Positions 36,974-47,085 of a stretch of 64,000 nucleotides of DNA are shown piece after piece. The notes under the pieces were generated by a model, which did no database searches, was not told the DNA's origin, and was given only the letters and a program-made list of their open reading frames with translations. The translations under genes and the position numbers were made by a program. The stretch is from Minisyncoccota bacterium (lineage in GTDB: Bacteria > Patescibacteriota > Minisyncoccia > Phycocordibacterales > UBA9973). The stretch lies in NCBI GenBank assembly GCA_041675085.1, contig JBAYUN010000004.1:2032-66031 (forward strand), read 5' to 3'. Every line of letters starts with the position of its first letter. The stretch's first letter is position 1.

Positions 36974-37513
36974 TTAACATCCACAACAAGCACCATTTTT
37001 GGCATCAATCGGCCAAAAATCCAAGGACGGATTACCAAAATGCTTGGCATGTAAAAGAATAGTGTTGTCTAAATAATCAGGCATTAAAGCATAATTTTCA
37101 TCTTCTGAAATTGTTGGTACATGATGAAGAAAAACACCACCAGCAACTTTGTTACAAAAATCATGATAATTCCTTGTTGAAAGCACGTGGGCATGCCACA
37201 TGTCATCTACTTTTTTCGACATTGGACACCTGAGGCTTGGGTACTTAATTTTAAGGAAAAGAAATTTTCTGTACTCCTCTTCCATCTTGTCAGCAATTTC
37301 TTTACTGTACCCAGCCCTTTCAATAAGCCAAGTGTTCTGTCTTGACAAATCCCAATCTAAAATTTTTTTGTAAAGATTAACATCTTCTTTACTATTAACA
37401 CCATGATGAGAAAAAGCATTAAGCGATTTTTCTATCTTCCCTAAGGAGGTAGGGTTCGTTGAAACTAACGATGCGTATTCCATAAGCCAAAAATGGATTT
37501 TGTTTGATTCCAC
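36974..37513 (-). CDS. glycine-rich domain (GRDP)-like protein
   Basis: EEYRKFL...VDDMWHAHVLSTRNY.DFC...FLHHVP signature; ends in CCGC. Confidence 0.75.
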   Translation of the reverse strand: MESNKIHFWLMEYASLVSTNPTSLGKIEKSLNAFSHHGVNSKEDVNLYKKILDWDLSRQNTWLIERAGYSKEIADKMEEEYRKFLFLKIKYPSLRCPMSKKVDDMWHAHVLSTRNYHDFCNKVAGGVFLHHVPTISEDENYALMPDYLDNTILLHAKHFGNPSLDFWPIDAKNGACCGC

Positions 37514-37581
37514 GAGACATTTCGAAGAACTTTTAAATCCATATCAAATAATAACTCTTATTAAGAGTATTTGTCAAATTT

Positions 37582-38118
37582 TTATTTTATTATCTTTTTT
37601 ACATCTCGATACAAAAAATAATCCTTAGCAAGTGGAATAAAATGTTTTAAATATATTTTCAAATTATCACTTTCTATTTCTGGCAAGTTATCTAAGGAAA
37701 AAATATTGCAATCAAGTGCCTCGTCTACACAAAACTGTTCTAGAGGTTCTTCTGTCTTTACAGCATAAAAAAGAATATAAGCTGGATTTGGATAATCCTC
37801 TCCAGTAGCTTTATTTATTTTAGGAATATCATTCATTATTTCAAGATAACCAACAGGCTCTCTAGAAGATTCAAAATGCCTAATACCAGCTTCTTCAAGT
37901 ATTTCTCTAGCAAGGGTTTCTTTTAAAGATTCACCTATCTCTCTATGACCGCCTGGTAATTCCCAGCCTCTATTGTGATTTTTAATCATCACAAGACCGT
38001 CTGTGTGAAAAGGTATTCCAAAAACAGCCGTGACGTTATCTTCATTTGGTATAGTTCCAGAGGTAAACAATCTCCATTCAGCATTTGCCCATCTACCTTT
38101 TTCTTTAAAGTTTTCCAT
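37582..38118 (-). CDS. NUDIX hydrolase
   Basis: WELPGGHREIGESLKETLAREILEEAG. Confidence 0.9.
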   Translation of the reverse strand: MENFKEKGRWANAEWRLFTSGTIPNEDNVTAVFGIPFHTDGLVMIKNHNRGWELPGGHREIGESLKETLAREILEEAGIRHFESSREPVGYLEIMNDIPKINKATGEDYPNPAYILFYAVKTEEPLEQFCVDEALDCNIFSLDNLPEIESDNLKIYLKHFIPLAKDYFLYRDVKKIIK

Positions 38119-38123
38119 AATTT

Positions 38124-38630
38124 TTAAAATTTAAGATTATTCATCTTGCTAGACAATTTCTCTAATTTTTTAAAATCAGCTTTTGGTCCATCATTAGAAG
38201 ATATATAGCCTTCATATTTTTTAAAATAATCAGAATTATCACTTAAATACTGCTTCCAAATACCCTTTTTCATATGTGCGGTACCATGCATCGGTGTTAG
38301 TTTTATGTGGGCATGATCAATACCTGTCCCTTCCATAATTAAACCAACTCTACCAACATCTTTAAATACTTCAATAAGTTTCTTTGAAATTTTTTTAGAA
38401 ATTAACAAAAACTGACTTAATTCTTTATCAGGCATTTGCAGAACATCTGAACCATAATGCTTTTTCGGTATCACTACAGTAAACCCTTCGGTATTAGGAA
38501 AAGGAGACAACCAAGCCATGTATTTCTTATCTTCATAAATTTTACTATTACCCAAAGGTAACATTTTCCCAGATGCTATTTCACAAAAGATACACTTTCC
38601 TTCTTTGGTTTTTGAATCATATTTTGGCAT
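38124..38630 (-). CDS. HIT family hydrolase
   Basis: CIFCEI, VIPKKH, DHAHIKL (HxHxK variant). Confidence 0.85.
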   Translation of the reverse strand: MPKYDSKTKEGKCIFCEIASGKMLPLGNSKIYEDKKYMAWLSPFPNTEGFTVVIPKKHYGSDVLQMPDKELSQFLLISKKISKKLIEVFKDVGRVGLIMEGTGIDHAHIKLTPMHGTAHMKKGIWKQYLSDNSDYFKKYEGYISSNDGPKADFKKLEKLSSKMNNLKF

Positions 38631-38795
38631 TATTTAATTTTAACACTTTTAAGATTATTTTAATATACTGAACTTTATACTAAATAATTTTATTAATAAA
38701 TAAAAATACAAAAACCATTCCTCTGTTTGAGGAGTGGTTTTTGGAGAAATATTTATTTAGGAATATTATATTTTTGAAATTAAATTAAATGACGA

Positions 38796-39278
38796 TTATA
38801 AACCACCGATGCCCATACCCATCATGTGACCTATCTTTTTGCCTTTACCCTTTCCTGCTTTGTCACCCATTTTTTCTAAACGAGCTTGCATGAAAGTCAT
38901 ACGTGCATCTGCTTGAGCTTGCGTTATCACTCCTTTTGATACGAGAGTAGATAATTCGACTTTCATCTTTTCTTGTGCTGTGGCTTTCATCTTGGCTTTT
39001 AGTACTTCTTCGGTAATGCCTTTAGATTTAGCGAGTTCCATAAAACTAGTACCTTTAGACCAAGCTTCTTTGACTTCAGATACACTTAGGCCCAAGAGCT
39101 TAGCTTGTTCTTCGAACATGGTTTGATGCATGTTCGCTTTTTCTTCTACTGTAAATTTAGAAAACTGCCCCATACCGCTATTGCCTAAAAAGGCTGAAGC
39201 TGGAGAAGTAAAACCAAAATAAAAAGCTAAAGCGAACGCACCGAGACCGACATAAGATAATACTTTTTTATTTTTCAT
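38796..39278 (-). CDS. secreted helical protein (YckD/DUF2680-like)
   Basis: Signal peptide, AKLLGLS, GVITQAQAD, Gly/Met-rich tail. Confidence 0.65.
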   Translation of the reverse strand: MKNKKVLSYVGLGAFALAFYFGFTSPASAFLGNSGMGQFSKFTVEEKANMHQTMFEEQAKLLGLSVSEVKEAWSKGTSFMELAKSKGITEEVLKAKMKATAQEKMKVELSTLVSKGVITQAQADARMTFMQARLEKMGDKAGKGKGKKIGHMMGMGIGGL

Positions 39279-39369
39279 ATTTTTTGAATTTATCCTGATG
39301 TTAAGCAGGACAGAATTAGTTAATAATATTTAGCAGTGATATCTCCTGCTATATATTATTACAAGCGAG

Positions 39370-39942
39370 TTACTGAAATATTTCAATACGATATGTTCTC
39401 TGTATCTGAATATTCCCTTCGGGACGCATCATAGGTCTATTCTTAAAATCTATTTTTTGAATATCACCACGATAATATCTATGCATCGGACCAAAGACTG
39501 GCACACGAGGATCTTCGCCCCATCTAGGGATACGATTTTGTCTATCTATTTTTGCCATAACAAAACTAAATAAAACCACAAAGAAAACAAGTACAAATAA
39601 AGTATAAGCAATAGGCTTCTTGTAAACAAAAGAATATTTACGGACCAATATCTCTAAAACTAAAAGCATACCCAGAGAGAATAAAAATATTAGCCAAGGT
39701 AAAGAAAAAATAAATCTACTCCAAGCCAAGAATGATCCCGGATAACCACCAAAAGCTACTTTTTCTTTAAAAACTAAAACTAGAAAACTAGAAAAATACA
39801 ACACTATCAGAAAACCAACTATAAAAAACAAAATCTTTAAAAGAGATTTTAACACAAAATACCAACGAGGCTTCATCTTGATTTTGCCTTGTTCTATCAA
39901 GTCTGTTATCTTTTCTTCTATTTTTTTTATTTGCTCAGTCAT
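39370..39942 (-). CDS. membrane protein, putative anti-sigma partner
   Basis: 3 TM, KMKPRWYF; 4-bp overlap with the ECF sigma gene. Confidence 0.6.
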   Translation of the reverse strand: MTEQIKKIEEKITDLIEQGKIKMKPRWYFVLKSLLKILFFIVGFLIVLYFSSFLVLVFKEKVAFGGYPGSFLAWSRFIFSLPWLIFLFSLGMLLVLEILVRKYSFVYKKPIAYTLFVLVFFVVLFSFVMAKIDRQNRIPRWGEDPRVPVFGPMHRYYRGDIQKIDFKNRPMMRPEGNIQIQRTYRIEIFQ

Positions 39943-40511
39943 AAACTTTTATCTTTAATTAATACTTTTAATTTTTCTTTAGCACGAATTATACGTACAC
40001 CCACAGTAGATACAGGAATAGCCAAAACTTCTCCAATCTGTTTGTAGTCCATCTCTTCATAAAAATAAAGAACTAATACTTCGCGATATTTTGGGTCCAA
40101 TTTATTTAGATATTCTTCTAGTATCTTCTCGGTAAAAAAAGCTTCGGTATCAGTATCTGCTTTCTCAAAAGCTTCGGGATGCGGGAAAAAAGTATCAAAA
40201 TCTATTGGCAAAATCTTTTGGGTTATTTTCTTTCTTATCTGATTTACGAATTCATTGTGAGCTATGCGGTATATCCAAGGCGAGAATTTCCTCGACTCAT
40301 CAAAGCTTTGAATATTCTGAAAAGATTTGATAAAAACATCTTGGACCAAGTCTTCGATATCTACCCTATCTTGCATAAACTTTCTCGCATAACGCTTTAA
40401 TTTCTCTACATAACGACTTATCAATATCCCAAATTTTTCTGTATCTCCGTTCTTTATTTCTATGACTATTTCTTCATCTGTTTTGTCATTTAAAATGGCT
40501 TTTGGCTCCAT
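39939..40511 (-). CDS. ECF RNA polymerase sigma factor
   Basis: EDLVQDVFIK, FSPWIYRIAHN, region 4 YKQIGEVL..P..TV; start moved to MEPKA. Confidence 0.92.
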   Translation of the reverse strand: MEPKAILNDKTDEEIVIEIKNGDTEKFGILISRYVEKLKRYARKFMQDRVDIEDLVQDVFIKSFQNIQSFDESRKFSPWIYRIAHNEFVNQIRKKITQKILPIDFDTFFPHPEAFEKADTDTEAFFTEKILEEYLNKLDPKYREVLVLYFYEEMDYKQIGEVLAIPVSTVGVRIIRAKEKLKVLIKDKSL

Positions 40512-40595
40512 TACTATATAATACAACTATTATTGGATTTTATTACAAAAGGCCTGGAATATAAATTCCAAGCCTTTTTGAGTTTTTCCAAAAAT

Positions 40596-41018
40596 TTAGT
40601 TGTTTTGGAACATGGTCTTTTTGAAATTGTCTATTGCTAGATCAATCTCTTCTTTGTGGAGGTTTATATCATAGTCAGGTATCTCTATAATTACACCAGA
40701 GAACACCCTAACAATAATATTTTTTTCTGCAAAAAAATTAATAAGGTTGTCGGCTAACTTAAGATATGAACCTTTGTGGGGTACGATTATCTCAATTTCA
40801 GCAAGGATCAAACCCTTCTCTTTCAACCAAGTCTCGCAAAACCCTATCGTATAGCACATAGAGTCTGCCATTCCGTCTTGAACTTCAGTACTAGCTAAAA
40901 CCCCAATAGGAACTTCAGCAGAAATTTTTAAAGCAAAACTAAGTTTGCATTTCCAATTTCCCAAATCAACAAGAGTAACTTGATCGACTGGGAACATTTC
41001 TAAACTATCACTGTCCAT
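40596..41018 (-). CDS. hypothetical protein
   Basis: 140-aa ORF, no recognised motif. Confidence 0.5.
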   Translation of the reverse strand: MDSDSLEMFPVDQVTLVDLGNWKCKLSFALKISAEVPIGVLASTEVQDGMADSMCYTIGFCETWLKEKGLILAEIEIIVPHKGSYLKLADNLINFFAEKNIIVRVFSGVIIEIPDYDINLHKEEIDLAIDNFKKTMFQNN

Positions 41019-41117
41019 ATATTTAATTGTTTTATTATGAAATTAAAAAACTTGTCTAATTTAATAGAAACATAATTTTTATAAAATGTCAATAATAAAA
41101 GATTCAGTTAACGATTG

Positions 41118-41191
41118 TCCGTCCTCATGGATTCGAACCATGGACCCCAGAGGTATAAGCTCTGTGCTCTAACCAACTGAGCTAAGGACGG
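41118..41191 (-). tRNA. tRNA-Ile with UAU anticodon
   Basis: CCGTCCT/AGGACGG acceptor stem, GCTC/GAGC D arm, CAGAG-CT TAT AC-CTCTG anticodon arm, CATGG-TTCGAAT-CCATG T arm, A73; CCA not encoded. Confidence 0.93.
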
Positions 41192-41245
41192 ATACACCCC
41201 TTTCGGGGCTTTGGTTACTATATATTTTTAACTTAAAAAACAAAT

Positions 41246-43141
41246 TTAAGCAACTTCTAATTCTTTCTTCTTTGGCATGATACCAAACACAGCGATAACT
41301 TTCTCATATTCTTCTTGCTCTAAAGTCTCTACTTCTATCAATTTATCTGCTATAGCTTTTAGAGCTTTTTGATTTTCTCTCAAAACTTCTTCTGCTTTTG
41401 CTAAAGCTCCGTGAATAATCTTTGAGACTTCGCTATCTATGACAGTTGAGACAGTTTCGGAATAAGGAGAATTATCTTTACCTTCACGTCCTCCAGCATA
41501 CGCCACAGGTCCCAATGCATCTGACATACCCCAGCGTGTAACCATAGCTTCGGCCATAGATTTAGCTCCTTGTAAGTCTGAAGAAGGACCAGTAGTCAAA
41601 TCTCCGAAGATCATTTTCTCAGCGACGTATCCGCCGAGAGACATAGCAATATCGTCTAAGAATTCTTTGCGGGATTGGAGTTTGCGGTCTTCGAGAGGAA
41701 GCTTTAAAGTATAACCTCCTGCAGAACCACGAGCAATAATAGAGACTTTGTGCACAGGGTCAGCATTCGGTAATACAGAAGCGACTAGGGCATGACCTGC
41801 TTCATGATAAGCAGTAATTTCTTTTTCTTTCTTAGAAAGTAAATGACTCTTTCTCTCAGGTCCAAGCATGACTTTTTCTATCGCACGGATAAGGTCGAAT
41901 TGAGAAACTTTTTTCCTATTTTCACGTGCTGCTAGTATCGCGCCTTCGTTCATAACAGAATGCAAATCCGCTCCTGAGAATCCAGGAGTACGTTCGGCAA
42001 TAGTTTTAAAATTAATATCTTCAGCTAAAGGTTTCTTCAATGAGTGAATTTTCAATATTTCTTCGCGGTCATTGCGGTCTGGTAGATCTAGCATAACTTT
42101 ACGATCAAAACGGCCTGGGCGGACTAGAGCTGGGTCCAAGACGTCGGGTCTATTAGTAGCAGCCATAACTATGACTTTATCTGTAGGTTCGAATCCGTCC
42201 ATCTCAACAAGGATTTGGTTCAAAGTTTGCTCACGCTCATCGTTACCTCCTCCGTATCCCCCTCCACGCACGCGACCGATAGCATCTATCTCATCTACGA
42301 AAATAATAGCCGGTGCTGCACGTTTTGCCATCTTGAAAAGATCACGTACACGAGAAGCTCCAACTCCGACGAACATTTCTACGAATTCAGACCCAGAAAG
42401 GTGAAAAAAAGGTACTCCCGCCTCTCCGGCGACTGCACGAGCGAGCATGGTCTTACCTGTACCTGGAGCTCCATTTAGCATAACTCCTTTGGGAATACGA
42501 GCTCCAATATCTAAGAATTTCTTTGGGCTTTTTAGGAAATCTACGATTTCTTTCAATTCTTCTTTCGCTTCTTTGGCTCCAGCTACGTCTTTGAAAGTCA
42601 CTCTGTTGTTCTTGTCATTTGGATCAGTGATGCGGGCTTTGGATTGACCGAAAGTAAAAGCTTGCATACCTTGACCTTTGACCTGACGAGATAGGTACCA
42701 GAAGAAAAATACAATAAATAGTATCGGCAATAAGAAAGGTAAAATATTGAGAAGTACGACTAAAGCTCCGCTAGGATTTTTAATCGCTATTTCTACAATA
42801 GATAGAGACTCTTTGTCTACGCCATAGTTATATAAAGTTTGAGACAAACTGGACTCAACTTCTTTTTTAGATTCTTTGGTAGTCTCGTCGTTATAAACTA
42901 TTTGAAGCTTCTCGCCTTCTACTGTTATCTTCTTTACCTCACCTAGAGAGACATCACTCGCAAGTTGTGAGATCGGTATCTCGACTACTGGAGTACCTGA
43001 TTTATCAAGTATCAAATACAATGCTGTCAGAAGCATAAATATTAAAATAGTAGTGACGATACTACCTGAGAGACTGCTCCCCTCTTTTTTGTCTTTGTTG
43101 TTATTATTGTCGTCTTTTTTATTTAAAAATTTAAAATCCAT
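41246..43141 (-). CDS. ftsH: ATP-dependent zinc metalloprotease FtsH
   Basis: 2 [29 protein letters not shown]. Confidence 0.98.
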   Translation of the reverse strand: MDFKFLNKKDDNNNNKDKKEGSSLSGSIVTTILIFMLLTALYLILDKSGTPVVEIPISQLASDVSLGEVKKITVEGEKLQIVYNDETTKESKKEVESSLSQTLYNYGVDKESLSIVEIAIKNPSGALVVLLNILPFLLPILFIVFFFWYLSRQVKGQGMQAFTFGQSKARITDPNDKNNRVTFKDVAGAKEAKEELKEIVDFLKSPKKFLDIGARIPKGVMLNGAPGTGKTMLARAVAGEAGVPFFHLSGSEFVEMFVGVGASRVRDLFKMAKRAAPAIIFVDEIDAIGRVRGGGYGGGNDEREQTLNQILVEMDGFEPTDKVIVMAATNRPDVLDPALVRPGRFDRKVMLDLPDRNDREEILKIHSLKKPLAEDINFKTIAERTPGFSGADLHSVMNEGAILAARENRKKVSQFDLIRAIEKVMLGPERKSHLLSKKEKEITAYHEAGHALVASVLPNADPVHKVSIIARGSAGGYTLKLPLEDRKLQSRKEFLDDIAMSLGGYVAEKMIFGDLTTGPSSDLQGAKSMAEAMVTRWGMSDALGPVAYAGGREGKDNSPYSETVSTVIDSEVSKIIHGALAKAEEVLRENQKALKAIADKLIEVETLEQEEYEKVIAVFGIMPKKKELEVA

Positions 43142-43346
43142 AGACTATATAATAACATAAAATTTGAGAAAATTAAAGGATAAAAAACCGACTTTTAAAT
43201 GTTGGGTTTTGGGTAGAGTTTTGTGATACTCCGCTCGTTTGTACTCGCGGAGTCCTACAAAAATATAATTCTTTTTTGGTTTTGTGGCGCCGTATGATTA
43301 CATACGGCATCCTACAAAAATATAGTCGCTATGCTCCTTATTTTTG

Positions 43347-43746
43347 TGGAGATGACGGGAATTGAACCCGTGTGCAAAAGATGACTATATTAAAATCTAC
43401 ATGTGTAGCTTGTTTATATTTTTAAATTAAAAAATTCTTAAAGAAGCAAAATATTTTTTAATCGAGCTTGAATTTTCATAAATACGTTCAGCACGTGTAT
43501 CTCTTATCCCGATAATATTTTGCCAGTTTTCATATATCGGAAGTCTATGAAACTGACACCAACCTGCGCGCTTAGGCGAAAGCTGGAGCGAAAGCAAAGT
43601 CCTTCATACCGAAGTATGGAGAAACTCCTGCCTTAACCTTAGAAGCTAATTTTGCAATTAGACATTTGAACTTTGATTTACGAGAAAACTTCCCTACTCG
43701 ACATGCATTAATATAGCGAGACCTCTTGTCTATGCCTTGCATCCCC
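43347..43746 (-). ncRNA. ssrA: tmRNA
   Basis: 5' GGGGATG pairs with 3' CATCTCC-A; T arm ACGGG-TTCAATT-CCCGT; tag ORF 43655-43572; adjacent to smpB. Confidence 0.92.
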
Positions 43747-43835
43747 CTAAAACACTTGCTAAGCAAGTGTTCGGGCGATCCGCCAAGGGCGGATTTAGCC
43801 ATAAAACCTGTTTAGCACAGTGCGTGACAAATATT

Positions 43836-44096
43836 TTATTTCAAATTGTCAAAATACTTCTGGCGCAATTTTTTCTTAAACCGCGCAGACCATAAGCTCT
43901 TTAAATATCTTTCTCTTTGAAAAGCTTCTGTTTTGTCAGAAATCTCTTCATGGTATAAAAGTTCTAATGGTCTACGTACTTTTGTTGCTTCCACAAAACC
44001 AGAATTATGTCTATGTAATCTGTTTTTTATATCTTGAGTACAGCCAACATATAATTTTCCATCTTTTTTACTTATAAGGATATAAACATAATACAT
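43836..44096 (-). CDS. stand-alone GIY-YIG nuclease
   Basis: YYVYIL...LYVGCT...RL..HN.G...T..RRP...A..RE..LK. Confidence 0.92.
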   Translation of the reverse strand: MYYVYILISKKDGKLYVGCTQDIKNRLHRHNSGFVEATKVRRPLELLYHEEISDKTEAFQRERYLKSLWSARFKKKLRQKYFDNLK

Positions 44097-44104
44097 AAAA
44101 TTAT

Positions 44105-44548
44105 TTATCTCTTGTATTCTCGACGCAACTCTCTATCTGTCTCGCGTTTCTTGGTAGTCTCGCGTTTGTCGTGTTGCTTTTTACCCTTTACTAGGGCTAT
44201 CTCTATCTTGATTTTACGTCCTTTATTATACAGTGAAATAGGTATTATTGTCAAACTCTTATTCTTCTCACTTTCAGCGAGTTCGGCTATCTCTTTTTTA
44301 GTTAAAAGGATTTTACGATTGCGTAAGGGATTATAATCCTTGGGAGCGTTTTTAGGCTGATAAGGGTCGATATTTGCATTGATCAAGAAAACTTCACCTC
44401 CACGCACGATAACAAAGGCCCCTTCTAAAGACATACGTCCGCCTCGTACGGATTTCACTTCATTGCCCTCGAGCTCTATTCCGCCTTCGTATTTCTCAAG
44501 GACTTCATAGTTAAAGTGAGCTTTTCTATTTTGGATATATGCGACCAT
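44105..44548 (-). CDS. smpB: SsrA-binding protein
   Basis: NRKAHFNY, GIELEGNEVKSVR, RKILL, GKKQHDKR. Confidence 0.98.
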   Translation of the reverse strand: MVAYIQNRKAHFNYEVLEKYEGGIELEGNEVKSVRGGRMSLEGAFVIVRGGEVFLINANIDPYQPKNAPKDYNPLRNRKILLTKKEIAELAESEKNKSLTIIPISLYNKGRKIKIEIALVKGKKQHDKRETTKKRETDRELRREYKR

Positions 44549-44966
44549 ATTGTTATCTTAACATAAACAAAAGTTGTCCACACATAAAATTGTCAGAAAA
44601 TTGTATTGGTGATACTATTTTAAATATACATTGTTCTTTTTCTTCACCTAAAATTTAATAAAGCATGAATACAACAAATTAACGTTTTTTTATCACGTAG
44701 TGCCTTTCAATGATAGCTCACAACATCTTGTATGAAGTGAGCTATTTTTATTGATCTTAAAATGAAAAAAAGTTATCCACAGTTAGTATTGAGTTTTTAA
44801 AATAAAAGTATACACTCTTATTTATATAAGGTTCTTTGTAAACAGACTTGGAGATAAGTGAAAATAAGATATAAAAAGTTAGCTCGCCTTGTGCTTAAAA
44901 ATTTTGAGCTTAAAGCGAGTTAACTCTTTTATTTAATTTTATTTAATCACCTTTAAATCTTTAGTT

Positions 44967-45371
44967 ATGAAGCATTTAATTATGTTCCTCTTTCTTATTG
45001 GCTTTGGTACAACCTTTGCCATACCGCCAACAATTTCAACATCAGACAATAATGATGTGGCAAAAATTAGCTGTGTAAGTCAAGCATTAACAGCTGGGGT
45101 TTCGAATTTTCAGATGACAGACGCGACGTTTACAGTCGATGCTGTCCCAATTTCTTTTTCTGGTTGTTTATTAAACCAAGCACAAGATTGCAATGTTGAA
45201 GATTTGCAATCAAATAATGCTGTTATGGTTGAAAAAACGAAGGCTGTGGTTACGAAGTATCAGGTAGGGGCTCTCTCCTTTAAAACTGAAGCTGATATTA
45301 ATGCTTCACAAAATTTGAAAGGTAAAATAATTGCAATCTCCCTGCCTGCCCAGAAAATTTTTTCGTCTTGA
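44967..45371 (+). CDS. hypothetical secreted protein
   Basis: Signal-peptide-like N-terminus; no recognised domain. Confidence 0.45.
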   Translation: MKHLIMFLFLIGFGTTFAIPPTISTSDNNDVAKISCVSQALTAGVSNFQMTDATFTVDAVPISFSGCLLNQAQDCNVEDLQSNNAVMVEKTKAVVTKYQVGALSFKTEADINASQNLKGKIIAISLPAQKIFSS

Positions 45372-45678
45372 GCCTCCAGGAAATTTAGGAGGCAAAAATT
45401 CGAAATTTTTTTTACTCTATAAAGAGTTCACTTCGGCAAGCCTGCAATTCGCAGGCACAACAGCAACCAACCAAGTCGGGTACTGATTAGCGAAAGCAGA
45501 TCAACAAAAAAAATTTAGTCTTTTAATAAGACAAAAGAGTTTAAGTAGTTTATTTAAACCAAAATTTATTTTTATTTAAATATAATGAAAAAACAAATTA
45601 GCTAAACGCTAAACCTTAGAGCCTTACGTAAGTAAGGCTCTTTTTTTATTTCCTATTTTTATATGTTAAAATTAAGGC

Positions 45679-47055
45679 ATGCCAATAAAACCAACTTTTA
45701 CAGTTTCTGGATACAGAGGTGTCTGGGGAGATACCATGAATACAGAGATAGCGAGCCTTTATGCTCGTGCTTTTATTAAATTTTTAAAACATGATCAAGA
45801 AAATATTCGTCCAAAGATATTAATAGGACGAGACGGACGCGAGAGTGGACCGGAGATAAAAGAAGCAATAATAAAAGAACTTATCAAATACGGAGTGGAT
45901 TTCGTAGATGGAGAGATACTCCCTACCCCGACTGTTATGTTCTCAGTCAGAAAGCACGGCTATGACGGAGCGATAATAATCACCGCAAGTCATAATCCAA
46001 TAGAATACAACGGCTTAAAATTTGTAAACAACAAAGCATTCTTTTTAGAAGAACATGAAGCAACAAAAATAAATAGTTATATGCAGGCGGACGAAGATAT
46101 GTTAGCAGACAAGACTCCAGGTACATGCATCAACGATGTTATGGAAATTCCCAACTTTACAAAAGAGCATGGCGACAAGATAGTAGAGAGCGTAGACAAA
46201 TTCCTAATCCGAGACAAAGCTTTTAGGGTTGCTGTCGATATGATAAATGCTTCGGCTTGCGAAGTCGACCCTTATCTCTTTGGAGAGCTTGGCGTTGAAT
46301 TAGTACCGATAAACAATATTCCAAATGGTAAATTTGCTCACAAACCTGAACCAAATACCGAAAACTTAAAAGACGTATCAGAGTTTGTTAAAAATTCTAA
46401 TGTGGACTTAGGTTTTGTTCACGACCCTGACGCCGACAGATTGGTAGTCATAGACGAACATGGAGAAGTAGTCTTTGAAGAATACACTCTAGCTCTTTGT
46501 GTGGAAAATATATTATCCAAGAATCCAAATCAAAAAATTGCTATCAATCTCTCTACTTCTAGGATGAGTCTCGATATAGCAGAAAAATACGACAGCACTT
46601 GCTATATGGCAAAAGTCGGCGAACCTAATGTAGTCAGAGAAATGATAAAAAATAATACAATTATCGGAGGTGAAGGTAACGGCGGAGTTATCTACCCTAC
46701 TGTCAATCTCGCTCGTGATAGTTTTGTAGGTATAGCTTTGATATTAGAGCTCTTGGCTATGAGAGATCAAAAAGTGAGTGAAGTTATCGCAACCTTACCA
46801 AAACATTTTATGAAAAAAGGAAAATATCCTATGACCGAAGCACTCGATAATAAGATAAATAAACTCAAAGAGCGTTTCAGTGAAGCAAAAAGTATCGAGA
46901 TAGATGGGGTAAGGCTCGACTTTCCTGATAAAGCTTGGCTACACTTGCACCCTTCAAATACGGAGCCAATATTCCGACTATATGGAGAAGCTAGCACGAG
47001 CGAGCGAATCGAGGAGCTTTTTGCCCAAGCCGAGTTGACTTTTGAGTCTAATTAG
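45679..47055 (+). CDS. phosphoglucomutase/phosphomannomutase family protein
   Basis: ITASHNP, DPDADR, GEGNGG, PSNTEP. Confidence 0.93.
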   Translation: MPIKPTFTVSGYRGVWGDTMNTEIASLYARAFIKFLKHDQENIRPKILIGRDGRESGPEIKEAIIKELIKYGVDFVDGEILPTPTVMFSVRKHGYDGAIIITASHNPIEYNGLKFVNNKAFFLEEHEATKINSYMQADEDMLADKTPGTCINDVMEIPNFTKEHGDKIVESVDKFLIRDKAFRVAVDMINASACEVDPYLFGELGVELVPINNIPNGKFAHKPEPNTENLKDVSEFVKNSNVDLGFVHDPDADRLVVIDEHGEVVFEEYTLALCVENILSKNPNQKIAINLSTSRMSLDIAEKYDSTCYMAKVGEPNVVREMIKNNTIIGGEGNGGVIYPTVNLARDSFVGIALILELLAMRDQKVSEVIATLPKHFMKKGKYPMTEALDNKINKLKERFSEAKSIEIDGVRLDFPDKAWLHLHPSNTEPIFRLYGEASTSERIEELFAQAELTFESN

Positions 47056-47085
47056 GCTAAAATCTTCAAGAACCAAAAAAATAAA

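Noticed and set aside
43572-43802. 76-aa ORF in the track
   Set aside because: Overlaps tmRNA; only the last 27 codons are meaningful as the tag
44560-44966. oriC at the divergent AT-rich spacer with DnaA boxes
   Set aside because: Only one perfect and one imperfect box, no dnaA/dnaN nearby, and such boxes are common across the window
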